In this document: piece after piece, positions 1-8,654 of the stretch | Numbering within the stretch: the first letter of the stretch is position 1 | Layout of the letters: the number at the start of each line of letters is the position of its first letter | NCBI GenBank assembly: GCA_009692365.1 | Contig: SHZJ01000020.1 | Location: 561 to 64,560 of the forward strand | From: Gammaproteobacteria bacterium | GTDB lineage: Bacteria; Pseudomonadota; Gammaproteobacteria; Ga0077536 | Length of the DNA: 64,000 nucleotides | Direction of reading: 5' to 3' | Made by a program: the position numbers and the translations under genes | Notes under the pieces: model-generated | Seen by the model: only the letters and a program-made list of their open reading frames with translations | What the model was told of the DNA's origin: nothing | Database searches by the model: none

Positions 1-14
1 CCCCAATCCGCCAT

Positions 15-260
15 TTGGTGGTCGTTACCCGCCGTGATTGCGAACTGTGCGAGCACCTCCTCGGCCTGTTGGCACCCTACCAACGGGCCGGGCGGATAGC
101 CCTCGAGGAAGTGGACCTCGCGGATGATCCAGTAGGCCTTGCGGCCTACCAGTGGCGAGTACCGGTGGTGCTGGAGGCGGCACAAGAACTGCTCTGGGGC
201 AACATAGGCGCGGCCCAGGTCGCCGCGGCGCTGGGCGAACTCGACGCCGTCCGTGTTTAA
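15..260 (+). CDS. glutaredoxin-like thioredoxin-fold protein (DUF836-type)
   Basis: 81-aa ORF with a CxxC motif (RRDCELCE) near the N-terminus and a length typical of small glutaredoxin-like proteins. The frame is open to the window edge, so the start (TTG 15 / GTG 18) is uncertain. Confidence 0.55.
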   Translation: MVVVTRRDCELCEHLLGLLAPYQRAGRIALEEVDLADDPVGLAAYQWRVPVVLEAAQELLWGNIGAAQVAAALGELDAVRV

Positions 261-314
261 ACCCTCCGCTCAGGCTAGAATCGCCCACCCCTAAGGTGTC
301 CCGTCCCGCTACGC

Positions 315-2111
315 ATGAAGAACATTCGCAATTTTTCGATCATCGCCCATATCGATCACGGCAAGTCCACGCTGGCTGACCGCTTTATTCAACACTGCGG
401 CGGCCTGTCCGACCGCGAAATGGAGCATCAGGTGCTGGACTCCATGGACCTCGAGCGTGAGCGTGGCATCACCATCAAGGCCCAAAGCGTGAGCCTGGAT
501 TATCAGGCGCGCGACGGTCAGGTTTATCACCTGAATTTCATCGACACCCCCGGGCATGTAGATTTCAGCTACGAAGTCTCGCGCTCGCTCGCGGCGTGCG
601 AAGGTGCGCTATTGGTGGTAGATGCCGCCCAAGGCGTGGAAGCGCAGACCGTGGCCAATTGCCACAAAGCGGTCAATCAGGGGCTGGAAGTCGTGCCAGT
701 GCTCAACAAAATTGACTTGCCTTCCGCCAACCCCGACCGGGTGGCGGTTGAAATTGAAGACATCATCGGCATCGACGCCACCGACGCCATTCACATCAGC
801 GCTAAAACCGGCATTGGCATCGTCGATTTGCTCGAACAGATGGTCGCGCGGGTCCCCGCCCCGCAGGGCTCGCCCGAGGCGCCCCTCAAGGCGCTCATCA
901 TCGATTCCTGGTTTGATAATTACTTGGGCGTGGTGTCATTGGTGCGCATTTTCGATGGCGAAATGGTGGCCGGGGCGCGGCTTAAAATTATGTCGACCGG
1001 GCGCGATGCAACGGCCGATCAGGTGGGTATTTTCACGCCCAAGCGAGTCCGGCGCGACAAACTTTCTGCCGGCGAAGTAGGTTTCCTGGTGGCGGGCATC
1101 AAGGAAATCAACGGCGCCCCGGTGGGCGACACCGTCACGACCGCACACGGGGGCGCAAGCGCGGCACTGCCGGGCTTTCAGAAATCCAAACCCAACGTTT
1201 TTGCCGGTCTGTATCCCCTTGAGTCCTCCGAATACGAGGCGTTTAGAGACGCGCTGGCAAAGCTGCGCTTGAACGATGCCGCCTTGCAGTACGAACCGGA
1301 AACCTCCGATGCACTGGGCTTTGGCTTTAGATGTGGCTTCCTCGGCATGCTCCACATGGAGATCATCCAAGAGCGGCTAGAGCGCGAGTACGGCATGGAA
1401 TTGATCACCACGGCGCCCACCGTGGTCTATGAAGTGGAACTCAAGAACGGCACGGTGCTCAACCTCGATAATCCGTCGCGGCTGCCCGACCCCAACGAAC
1501 TGCAGGAAGTTCGGGAGCCGGTCATTCAGGCCGACATCCTGACCCCGCAGGAGTACCTCGGCAACGTGATGGCGCTGTGTATCGAAAAACGCGGCACGCA
1601 GTTGAAGTTGAATTTCGTCGGTGGCCAAGCCGCGCTCAGTTACGCGATCCCGATGAGCGAAATGGTGGTCGACTTTTTCGACCGCCTGAAGTCGCTCTCC
1701 CGCGGTTACGCCTCGATGGATTACAGTTTTCTGCGCTACGAATCGGCCGATGTGGTGAAGGTCGAGGTGCTGATCAATAACGATAAAGTCGACGCGTTGT
1801 CGATCATCGTGCACCGTTCTGAGGCCGATCGCAGGGGCCGCGATCTGGTCGCTAAAATGCGCGAAATCATTCCGCGCCAAATGTTCGATGTCGCGATTCA
1901 GGCGGCTATCGGCGGCAAGATTATTGCCCGGGAATCGGTTAAAGCCCTGCGCAAAAATGTCACGGCAAAATGCTACGGCGGCGACATCTCGCGCAAACGA
2001 AAATTGCTGGAGAAGCAGAAAGAGGGCAAAAAGCGGATGAAACAGGTGGGTTCGGTAGAAATTCCCCAAGAGGCATTCATGGCGGTGCTGAGCGTGAGGA
2101 AACAACGATGA
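315..2111 (+). CDS. lepA: elongation factor 4 (LepA)
   Basis: 598 aa. GTPase motifs [14 protein letters not shown] and NKID, with a LepA-type C-terminal region. Followed by lepB as in most bacteria. Confidence 0.97.
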   Translation: MKNIRNFSIIAHIDHGKSTLADRFIQHCGGLSDREMEHQVLDSMDLERERGITIKAQSVSLDYQARDGQVYHLNFIDTPGHVDFSYEVSRSLAACEGALLVVDAAQGVEAQTVANCHKAVNQGLEVVPVLNKIDLPSANPDRVAVEIEDIIGIDATDAIHISAKTGIGIVDLLEQMVARVPAPQGSPEAPLKALIIDSWFDNYLGVVSLVRIFDGEMVAGARLKIMSTGRDATADQVGIFTPKRVRRDKLSAGEVGFLVAGIKEINGAPVGDTVTTAHGGASAALPGFQKSKPNVFAGLYPLESSEYEAFRDALAKLRLNDAALQYEPETSDALGFGFRCGFLGMLHMEIIQERLEREYGMELITTAPTVVYEVELKNGTVLNLDNPSRLPDPNELQEVREPVIQADILTPQEYLGNVMALCIEKRGTQLKLNFVGGQAALSYAIPMSEMVVDFFDRLKSLSRGYASMDYSFLRYESADVVKVEVLINNDKVDALSIIVHRSEADRRGRDLVAKMREIIPRQMFDVAIQAAIGGKIIARESVKALRKNVTAKCYGGDISRKRKLLEKQKEGKKRMKQVGSVEIPQEAFMAVLSVRKQR

Positions 2112-2884
2112 GTTTCGACTTCTCCACCGCCATGGTGCTGATGGTTTTCCTAAGTGGTCTGATCTGGGCGGTGGACAGCCTGCTGTTTGCCGCGCGGCGC
2201 CAGGCAACGGCGCTCGATGGCAACGTACGGTTGCCCATGCTGGTGGACTATGCGCGCTCGTTTTTTCCGATTTTTCTGGTGGTGTTATTGTTGCGTTCCT
2301 TCTTGGTCGAGCCCTTCCGGATCCCTTCGGGTTCCATGGTGCCAACCCTGCTGGTAGGCGATTTTATTCTGGTCAATAAATTTCAATACGGCATTCGACT
2401 CCCGGCGATTAACACCAAGATTATCGAACTAGGGGTACCCCAACGCGGCGAGGTCGTGGTATTTCGCTATCCTGTGGATGGCACCACGCCCTACATCAAG
2501 CGCGTCATCGGGGTGCCCGGCGACCATGTGGCCTACCGCGGCCGGCAACTTTGGATCAACCAGCAGTTGGTGGCCAACGTCGACATGGGCCCCTTTATCG
2601 GGGTGAAGTCGGCGTCCATGCAGACCGGTGGCCGCCATTTAATTGAGCAACTGCCGGGGCAACCACATGACATCATCACGATGCCTGATGCCTATTCTTT
2701 CGATTGGGAAGGCACCGTGCCGCCGGCCAGTTATTTTGTCATGGGCGATAATCGCGACAATAGTCGCGATTCCAGATTTTGGGGATTCGTCCCGGATGAA
2801 AATATCATCGGGCGAGCGTTCTTCATTTGGATGAATTGGGACCATGGTCCTGATTTATCCCGGATAGGGTCCCATATTCATTAA
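2108..2884 (+). CDS. lepB: signal peptidase I
   Basis: ATG at 2108 overlaps the lepA stop (ATGA). N-terminal TM segment, catalytic Ser box [10 protein letters not shown], Lys box [11 protein letters not shown] and [11 protein letters not shown] box. The track ORF from 1970 is an upstream extension. Confidence 0.93.
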   Translation: MSFDFSTAMVLMVFLSGLIWAVDSLLFAARRQATALDGNVRLPMLVDYARSFFPIFLVVLLLRSFLVEPFRIPSGSMVPTLLVGDFILVNKFQYGIRLPAINTKIIELGVPQRGEVVVFRYPVDGTTPYIKRVIGVPGDHVAYRGRQLWINQQLVANVDMGPFIGVKSASMQTGGRHLIEQLPGQPHDIITMPDAYSFDWEGTVPPASYFVMGDNRDNSRDSRFWGFVPDENIIGRAFFIWMNWDHGPDLSRIGSHIH

Positions 2885-2901
2885 ACTACGAAGGAGTTGC
2901 T

Positions 2902-3306
2902 ATGACCAACCCTAAAGACTCACAAGCGGGCGTCGCCTTGAGCGGACTACTGTTCTGGTGTGTGCTGATCGGCATGGTGGCAGTGACCGGCATGAAGCTC
3001 TTTCCGCTCTACAACGAAAAAGCCAAGGTCGACATGGCAATGACCCGGGTGGGGGAACTCGCCACCGGCGATTCCTCTAAAGCGGAACTTTCCGACGCTT
3101 TGATAAAGCAGTTTGAAGTTTCGGACGTCGACCGCTGGAGCGAGCCGGAGCTTCTCAAGCTACTTAAAGTAGGGCGCTTACCCAACGACCCGGCACGTTC
3201 GATGTCGTTGACTTATGAAATTCGTGCGCCTTTTTTTGGCGCGCTGGATATTGTGCTGCGCTACCACAAGATCGTCCCGCTGCCGCCTAGCCCAGTCGAG
3301 GGATAG
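2902..3306 (+). CDS. DUF4845-like small membrane protein
   Basis: 134 aa with one N-terminal TM helix (LSGLLFWCVLIGMVAVTGM). It occupies the lepB-rnc slot where gammaproteobacteria carry DUF4845; the family assignment is from memory. Confidence 0.65.
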   Translation: MTNPKDSQAGVALSGLLFWCVLIGMVAVTGMKLFPLYNEKAKVDMAMTRVGELATGDSSKAELSDALIKQFEVSDVDRWSEPELLKLLKVGRLPNDPARSMSLTYEIRAPFFGALDIVLRYHKIVPLPPSPVEG

Positions 3307-3326
3307 TTAGTTTTAACCTGCAACCA

Positions 3327-3983
3327 TTGAACAGCCTTCACTACGTTTTTCGTAATCCTGTCCTGCTGCAGACGGCGCTGACTCACCGCAGCGCTGCGGG
3401 CACCCACAATGAGCGTATGGAATTCCTGGGTGACGCGCTGCTGGGTTTTCTGGTCGCCGACGAACTCTGCGGGCGGCATCCGGGCGCCGCTGAAGGCCCG
3501 CTGACGCGCGTTCGCGCCTCGCTCGTCAATCGCGACACGCTGGCCGAGATTGCGCGGGAATTAGCGCTAGGTGAACACTTGCTGCTGGGCGAAGGAGAAC
3601 TCAAGAGCGGTGGCTGGCGCCGGGATTCCATCTTGGCCAATGGGCTAGAAGCGATAATCGCGGCCATCTATCTAGATGGCGGGATAGAGGCCTGCCGGCG
3701 CGAAGTGTTGCGCTGGTTCAGTGCTCGACTAGAGACCCATGTCCCCGAAACCGCCCGCAAAGACCCAAAAACCGAACTCCAGGAATATCTGCAGGCCCGG
3801 CGCCAGACGCTGCCGAGCTATCGAACACTGGGGGAAGATGGACCGCCCCACCAACGCACGTTTAGAGTCGAATGTTGCGTTGAGGGTCTGGAGCCCGTTG
3901 TGACCACGAGCGAAAGCCGGCGCGGAGGCGAACAAGCCTGCGCGCGCGCGGTGCTTAATCTACTTCTCGGAGAACCTCTTTGA
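3327..3983 (+). CDS. rnc: ribonuclease III
   Basis: RNase III signature NERMEFLGDALLG and a C-terminal dsRBD-like region. TTG start; the stop overlaps the era start. Confidence 0.95.
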   Translation: MNSLHYVFRNPVLLQTALTHRSAAGTHNERMEFLGDALLGFLVADELCGRHPGAAEGPLTRVRASLVNRDTLAEIARELALGEHLLLGEGELKSGGWRRDSILANGLEAIIAAIYLDGGIEACRREVLRWFSARLETHVPETARKDPKTELQEYLQARRQTLPSYRTLGEDGPPHQRTFRVECCVEGLEPVVTTSESRRGGEQACARAVLNLLLGEPL

Positions 3984-4894
3984 GCCATCCAAAAAACCCC
4001 GACCTTGCTGGCCGCTGCGGGCATGTCGCTATTATCGGCCGTCCCAACGTGGGCAAGTCGACCTTAATCAATCGCATCGTGGGGCAAAAAATTGCCATCA
4101 CCTCACGTAAACCCCAGACCACGCGCCAGCGCGTGCTGGGGATCACCAACCTGGACGGCGCGCAGCTGATTTTCGCCGATACCCCAGGCTGGCAACCGCG
4201 ACCGCGGACCGCCTTCGATAAATTGATGAATCGGCAGATTGGCCGCGCGCTCAACGAGGTAGACGCCGTCTTGATGGTGGCTGACGCGCGCGCGTGGCGA
4301 GACGAAGACGAGCCGGTTGCCCAGATGTTGCTCGAGGCCACCTGCCCACGTTTTCTGGCCTTGAATAAAATCGACAAAATCACGGATAAAACGCTGCTGC
4401 TGCCGTTGCTGCAATCCTTGACCCAACGGCTGCCCGAGGTGGAGATAGTCCCCATCAGCGCGCTCAAAGGACGGGGCGTCAACGATTTGCTCAAAACTAT
4501 CGGGCGTTGTCTGCCGCATGCAGTGCCGCTGTACCCTGAAGATCAGGTAACGGATCAGTCGGAACGAGCGCTGGCTGGCGAGTTGCTGCGCGAGCAACTC
4601 ATGCGACAGCTGGGTGAAGAGTTGCCCTATGCCGTCCATGTCGCGATCACCGCTTTTGAGGATCGCCCCGGGGTGACCTACATAGAAGCCGACATCTGGG
4701 TCGAAAAATCGGGGCAAAAAGCGATTGTGATCGGCCGTCAGGGGGCAAGACTCAAGGAACTGGGCACCGCCGCCCGGCTGGCCTTGGAGCAGATGCTTGG
4801 GCGCACGGTGTACCTGCAAACGCGGGTCCGCGAGCGCGCGGGGTGGACCCAAGATCCCGTCGCGCTGTCCCAGATTGATCTGGGCTCTGGCTAA
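3980..4894 (+). CDS. era: GTPase Era
   Basis: G motifs GRPNVGKST, DTPG and NKID plus a C-terminal KH region; rnc-era-recO synteny. Confidence 0.95.
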   Translation: MSHPKNPDLAGRCGHVAIIGRPNVGKSTLINRIVGQKIAITSRKPQTTRQRVLGITNLDGAQLIFADTPGWQPRPRTAFDKLMNRQIGRALNEVDAVLMVADARAWRDEDEPVAQMLLEATCPRFLALNKIDKITDKTLLLPLLQSLTQRLPEVEIVPISALKGRGVNDLLKTIGRCLPHAVPLYPEDQVTDQSERALAGELLREQLMRQLGEELPYAVHVAITAFEDRPGVTYIEADIWVEKSGQKAIVIGRQGARLKELGTAARLALEQMLGRTVYLQTRVRERAGWTQDPVALSQIDLGSG

Positions 4895-4930
4895 GTTTGG
4901 CGTGCCCCCGCAGCTGACCGGGCGGCGCGG

Positions 4931-5638
4931 GTGAACACCGCCAGAGAAGACATAGCCTTCGTTTTACACACCCGCCGTTATGGCGAGAACAGCCTGTTGG
5001 TGGAGGCGTTGGCGAGCAGCCACGGCCGCATTGCCTTGATTGCGCGGGCACCGGCGCGGGCGAAATCCCGGCTCGGCGAAAGCCTGCAGGCATTTCGGGC
5101 GGTCCAGATCCGGTTTGGCGGCCGGGGGGAATTGCTCACGCTCCATCAGGTCGAGGCGGTGCCGGTGCACGCGGCCTTACAGGGCGACCGGCTGCTCAGC
5201 GGCATGTATCTCAACGAGTTGGTCATCCGCCTGAGCGGACGCGGTCCGGACGAGGCCGGCTTGTTCCATTTATACGCCACCGCGATCGCTGATCTCGCCG
5301 GCACGGCACCGCTGGAACCCACGCTGCGACATTTTGAAATTGCGCTGCTGGAGTCTTGCGGCTACGGACTGCCCTTGACCGAAACCGCCGACAGCGGGGT
5401 GCCGGTGTGCGCCCACGAGAGCTACTCTTATGTGCTGGACCAGGGTGCCCTGGCGTTGGCAGCCGAGGGCCCGGCGCTACCCGTGAGCGGGGCGATGTTG
5501 TTGGCCTTGGCGGGACGTCATGACTTCACCTCGGACACCTTATTAGAAGCTAAGCATTTCATGCGTAGAGTATTGGGCTATCACCTAGGCAGCCGCCCAC
5601 TGCATGCGCGCAGTCTTTTCTCTGGCGGCAACACATGA
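4931..5638 (+). CDS. recO: DNA repair protein RecO
   Basis: 235 aa, GTG start, RecO-like N-terminal OB region (AFVLHTRRYGENSLLVE), position after era. Confidence 0.85.
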   Translation: MNTAREDIAFVLHTRRYGENSLLVEALASSHGRIALIARAPARAKSRLGESLQAFRAVQIRFGGRGELLTLHQVEAVPVHAALQGDRLLSGMYLNELVIRLSGRGPDEAGLFHLYATAIADLAGTAPLEPTLRHFEIALLESCGYGLPLTETADSGVPVCAHESYSYVLDQGALALAAEGPALPVSGAMLLALAGRHDFTSDTLLEAKHFMRRVLGYHLGSRPLHARSLFSGGNT

Positions 5639-5707
5639 AGGCTGGGCAGTGTGGCCCGCGGGTTTAGTCAGTAGACTAAGTCCCCTCTTTAGCCCACAGA
5701 TAAATTT

Positions 5708-6448
5708 ATGAGCACGCGACCGGTTATCGAACTTGGGGTCAACATCGACCACGTTGCCACCCTGCGTCAGGCCCGCGGCACGGCTTATCCCGATCCCGTC
5801 CAAGCGGCCTTTTGTGCGGAGGAAGCCGGTGCCGAAAGCATCACTATCCATCTGCGTGAAGACCGGCGTCACATCCAGGAACGGGATCTGGAGATCCTCA
5901 GCCGCACCGTGCGTGGGCGGCTTAATCTGGAAATGGCGGCCAGCGACGAAATGACGACCATCGCCGAGCGCTGGCGACCCTCCAATTGCTGCTTAGTGCC
6001 TGAAAATCGCCACGAACTAACGACCGAAGGGGGCCTCGATGTGCTGGGCCAACGGGCCCGCCTGCGCGAGGTCTGCGCCCGTCTCGCCCAGGCGGGGATC
6101 TTGGTGTCGCTGTTTATCGATCCGGAGGCCGCCCAGATCGACGCCGCGCAGGGGCTAGGCGTACCGGCCATTGAGTTACACACCGGGAAGTTCGCCGACG
6201 CCGCCAACGTGCAAGCGGCGACCGATGAACTGGTTCGAATCACCCGGGCGGCCATCCATGCGCAGACCCTAGGCTTGCGCGTGAACGCCGGTCATGGTCT
6301 GCACTACGCTAACGTCCAGGCCATCGCCCGCATTGCGCCCATCGTTGAGCTCAATATTGGTCATGCCATCGTGGCGCAAGCGCTGTTTTCGGGTTTTTCA
6401 GCGGCCGTGCGCGAAATGAAACGCTTAATGACGCAGGCTCGCCGATGA
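5708..6448 (+). CDS. pdxJ: pyridoxine 5'-phosphate synthase
   Basis: 246 aa with the N-terminal [16 protein letters not shown] motif typical of PdxJ. Confidence 0.95.
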   Translation: MSTRPVIELGVNIDHVATLRQARGTAYPDPVQAAFCAEEAGAESITIHLREDRRHIQERDLEILSRTVRGRLNLEMAASDEMTTIAERWRPSNCCLVPENRHELTTEGGLDVLGQRARLREVCARLAQAGILVSLFIDPEAAQIDAAQGLGVPAIELHTGKFADAANVQAATDELVRITRAAIHAQTLGLRVNAGHGLHYANVQAIARIAPIVELNIGHAIVAQALFSGFSAAVREMKRLMTQARR

Positions 6449-6825
6449 TCGCCGGCTTGGGCATCGATATCGTGAAGACCGGGCGCATCCGTGCCCTGTA
6501 CGAGCGCTACGGCGAGAAATTTGCGCGGCGCATTCTGGCCGCAGGAGAGTTACTCCGGTTGGCCGAAAGTCGCACGCCCGTGAGTTTTCTGGCCATGCGT
6601 TTTGCCGCTAAGGAAGCGGCCTCCAAGGCGTTAGGCACCGGTTTTCGGCAGGGCGTATCGCCCTGTTTAATCGAGGTGGAGCACAACGCACTGGGCAAGC
6701 CATCGTTGCGTTTCCATGGGGCGGTTGCTGCGCACGTCGCGGCGGCGCAGGTGACGGCCAGTCACGTTAGCCTCACAGATGAAGCTGAGTACGCGGCTGC
6801 CGTCGTCGTTCTAGAACACTCCTGA
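6445..6825 (+). CDS. acpS: holo-ACP synthase
   Basis: 126 aa with a GLGIDIV N-terminus; ATGA overlap with pdxJ. Confidence 0.9.
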   Translation: MIAGLGIDIVKTGRIRALYERYGEKFARRILAAGELLRLAESRTPVSFLAMRFAAKEAASKALGTGFRQGVSPCLIEVEHNALGKPSLRFHGAVAAHVAAAQVTASHVSLTDEAEYAAAVVVLEHS

Positions 6826-6831
6826 GGTCTC

Positions 6832-8442
6832 ATGTTGCCGCTTCCCCCCGAGGTGGCGAAACGCCGCACTTTCGCCATCATTTCGCATCCTGACGCTGGT
6901 AAAACCACCGTGACAGAAAAACTGCTGTTTCTGGGCGGCGCGATCAACGCCGCCGGAACGGTGAAAGCGCGCAAAAATAGCCGCTACGCCGCCTCGGACT
7001 GGATGGAAATTGAAAAACAGCGCGGCATCAGCGTCACCTCATCGGTCATGCAGTTCGAATACGGTAATTGCGTGGTCAATCTGCTGGACACCCCGGGCCA
7101 CGAGGATTTTTCCGAAGATACCTACCGAGTGCTCTCAGCGGTGGACTCCGCACTGATGGTCATCGACGCGGCCAAAGGGGTGGAGGCACGCACGATCAAA
7201 CTGCTGGAGATCTGTCGCCTGCGCAATACCCCGGTGCTAACCCTCATCAATAAGTTGGACCGTCACGCCCGCGAACCCCTGGAACTGCTCGACGAGATCG
7301 AGCGGGTTCTGAACATCAAATGCGCGCCCATCACCTGGCCGTTGTCCTCCGGTAACCGATTTGCGGGTGTATACCATTTTGGGCAGCAGCAAATTCTGCG
7401 CTTTGCGCGCGAAAAAGATGGCAACGAAGAACTGCTCGAAGCCGAGGCGTATGCGCTAGACGCCCCCGAGACTACGGCGCTCTTTGGGGACGAAATGCCC
7501 GCGCTGCGCGAGGAGATTGAGCTAATCGAAGGCGCGGGCGCGCGCTTTGATCTGGCGGCTTATCGGGCAGGGCAGGTGACCCCGGTGTTTTTCGGCACGG
7601 CGCTGCGTAATTTTGGCATTCGTGAACTGCTGGATTTTTTTGTGGAGATGGCGCCGCCGCCACTGGCACGTCCGGCCAACGAGCGGGTCGTGGATGCCGG
7701 CGAAAGTAATTTTTCCGGCTTCGTGTTTAAGATTCAGGCCAATATGGATCCGCATCATCGCGACCGCATCGCTTTTCTACGTATTTGTTCCGGCAAGTTC
7801 TCGCCGGGCGCGCGTTTACGGCACGTGCGCTTAGGGCGCGAAATCTCGATTGCCAGTGCCCTGACCTTTATGGCGCGGGGACGTGAGCAGGTAGAGGAGG
7901 GGTGGGCCGGCGACATCATCGGTTTGCATAATCACGGCACCATTCAAATCGGCGACACCTTCACCACCGGCGAGTCGCTCACTTTCACTGGCATTCCGAG
8001 CTTTGCACCAGAGTTATTTCGCCGGGTGCGGGCCGGTGATCCCATGAAGAACAAAGCCCTGGTCAAAGGGCTCACGCAGCTGTGCGAAGAAGGCGCCGCC
8101 CAGGTTTTTCGGCTCACGCAGCGCAACGATCTGGTACTCGGCGCGATCGGTGCACTGCAGTACGACGTCGTCGCGTTCCGCCTGAAAAACGAATATGGCG
8201 TGGATTGTATTTTCGAGCCCGTTAGCACCACGTTAGCGCGCTGGGTTTCCAGCGATAAACCGGGCGAACTGGATAAATTTTCCCGCCAACTCAGCGATAA
8301 CGTCGCGCTCGATGGCGGCGGCTTATTGGCCTATCTGGCCCCCACCAGAGTGAACTTAGAACTCACGAAGGAGCGTTGGCCGGACCTCGCGTTCCACGCC
8401 ACCAGAGAGTTTAGTCTGCGTGGCGAAGGCTCGACTTACTGA
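6832..8442 (+). CDS. prfC: peptide chain release factor 3
   Basis: 536 aa. GTPase motifs [20 protein letters not shown] and NKLD, with RF3-type length. Confidence 0.95.
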   Translation: MLPLPPEVAKRRTFAIISHPDAGKTTVTEKLLFLGGAINAAGTVKARKNSRYAASDWMEIEKQRGISVTSSVMQFEYGNCVVNLLDTPGHEDFSEDTYRVLSAVDSALMVIDAAKGVEARTIKLLEICRLRNTPVLTLINKLDRHAREPLELLDEIERVLNIKCAPITWPLSSGNRFAGVYHFGQQQILRFAREKDGNEELLEAEAYALDAPETTALFGDEMPALREEIELIEGAGARFDLAAYRAGQVTPVFFGTALRNFGIRELLDFFVEMAPPPLARPANERVVDAGESNFSGFVFKIQANMDPHHRDRIAFLRICSGKFSPGARLRHVRLGREISIASALTFMARGREQVEEGWAGDIIGLHNHGTIQIGDTFTTGESLTFTGIPSFAPELFRRVRAGDPMKNKALVKGLTQLCEEGAAQVFRLTQRNDLVLGAIGALQYDVVAFRLKNEYGVDCIFEPVSTTLARWVSSDKPGELDKFSRQLSDNVALDGGGLLAYLAPTRVNLELTKERWPDLAFHATREFSLRGEGSTY

Positions 8443-8654
8443 GCTGACGCCCGGCGTCTAAGGGGGGCCGCCCACGCAGCGCTAACCTCGCGCTCGATGG
8501 CGGCGGCTTAGTGGCGTACTTAGACCCCACCAGCAGGAACTTACCGCCCACGAGGCAAGGTCGGCCGCACCTCGCGGGCCACGCCCCGCGAGAGTTTAGT
8601 CGGCGTGGCGAAGGCACGACTTACTGAGCTGACGCCCGGTGTCTAAGGGGGGGG
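8303..8654. repeat. diverged tandem duplication of the prfC 3' end (copy 1 8303-8467, copy 2 8488-8654, period 185 bp)
   Basis: The two copies align without indels apart from G6 versus G8 at the end. Shared blocks are TCGCGCTCGATGGCGGCGGCTTA, GAGAGTTTAGTC, GCGTGGCGAAGGC and CGACTTACTGAGCTGACGCCCGG(C/T)GTCTAAGGGGGG. Confidence 0.85.

Noticed and set aside
1377-2345. 322-aa ORF antisense to lepA/lepB; similar long antisense ORFs at 4103-4852, 41185-41832, 54840-56012 and 62572-63303
   Set aside because: They overlap strongly supported genes on the opposite strand, are Arg/Ala/Gly/Pro-rich as expected from stop-codon depletion in high-GC DNA, and have no family resemblance.
6832-8654. prfC as an integration hotspot (SXT/R391-type ICEs target prfC), prompted by the duplicated prfC end
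   Set aside because: Those elements insert at the 5' end of prfC and bring an integrase. Here the duplication is at the 3' end, only about 20 bp separates the copies, and no mobility genes are nearby. The duplication itself is kept as a finding.
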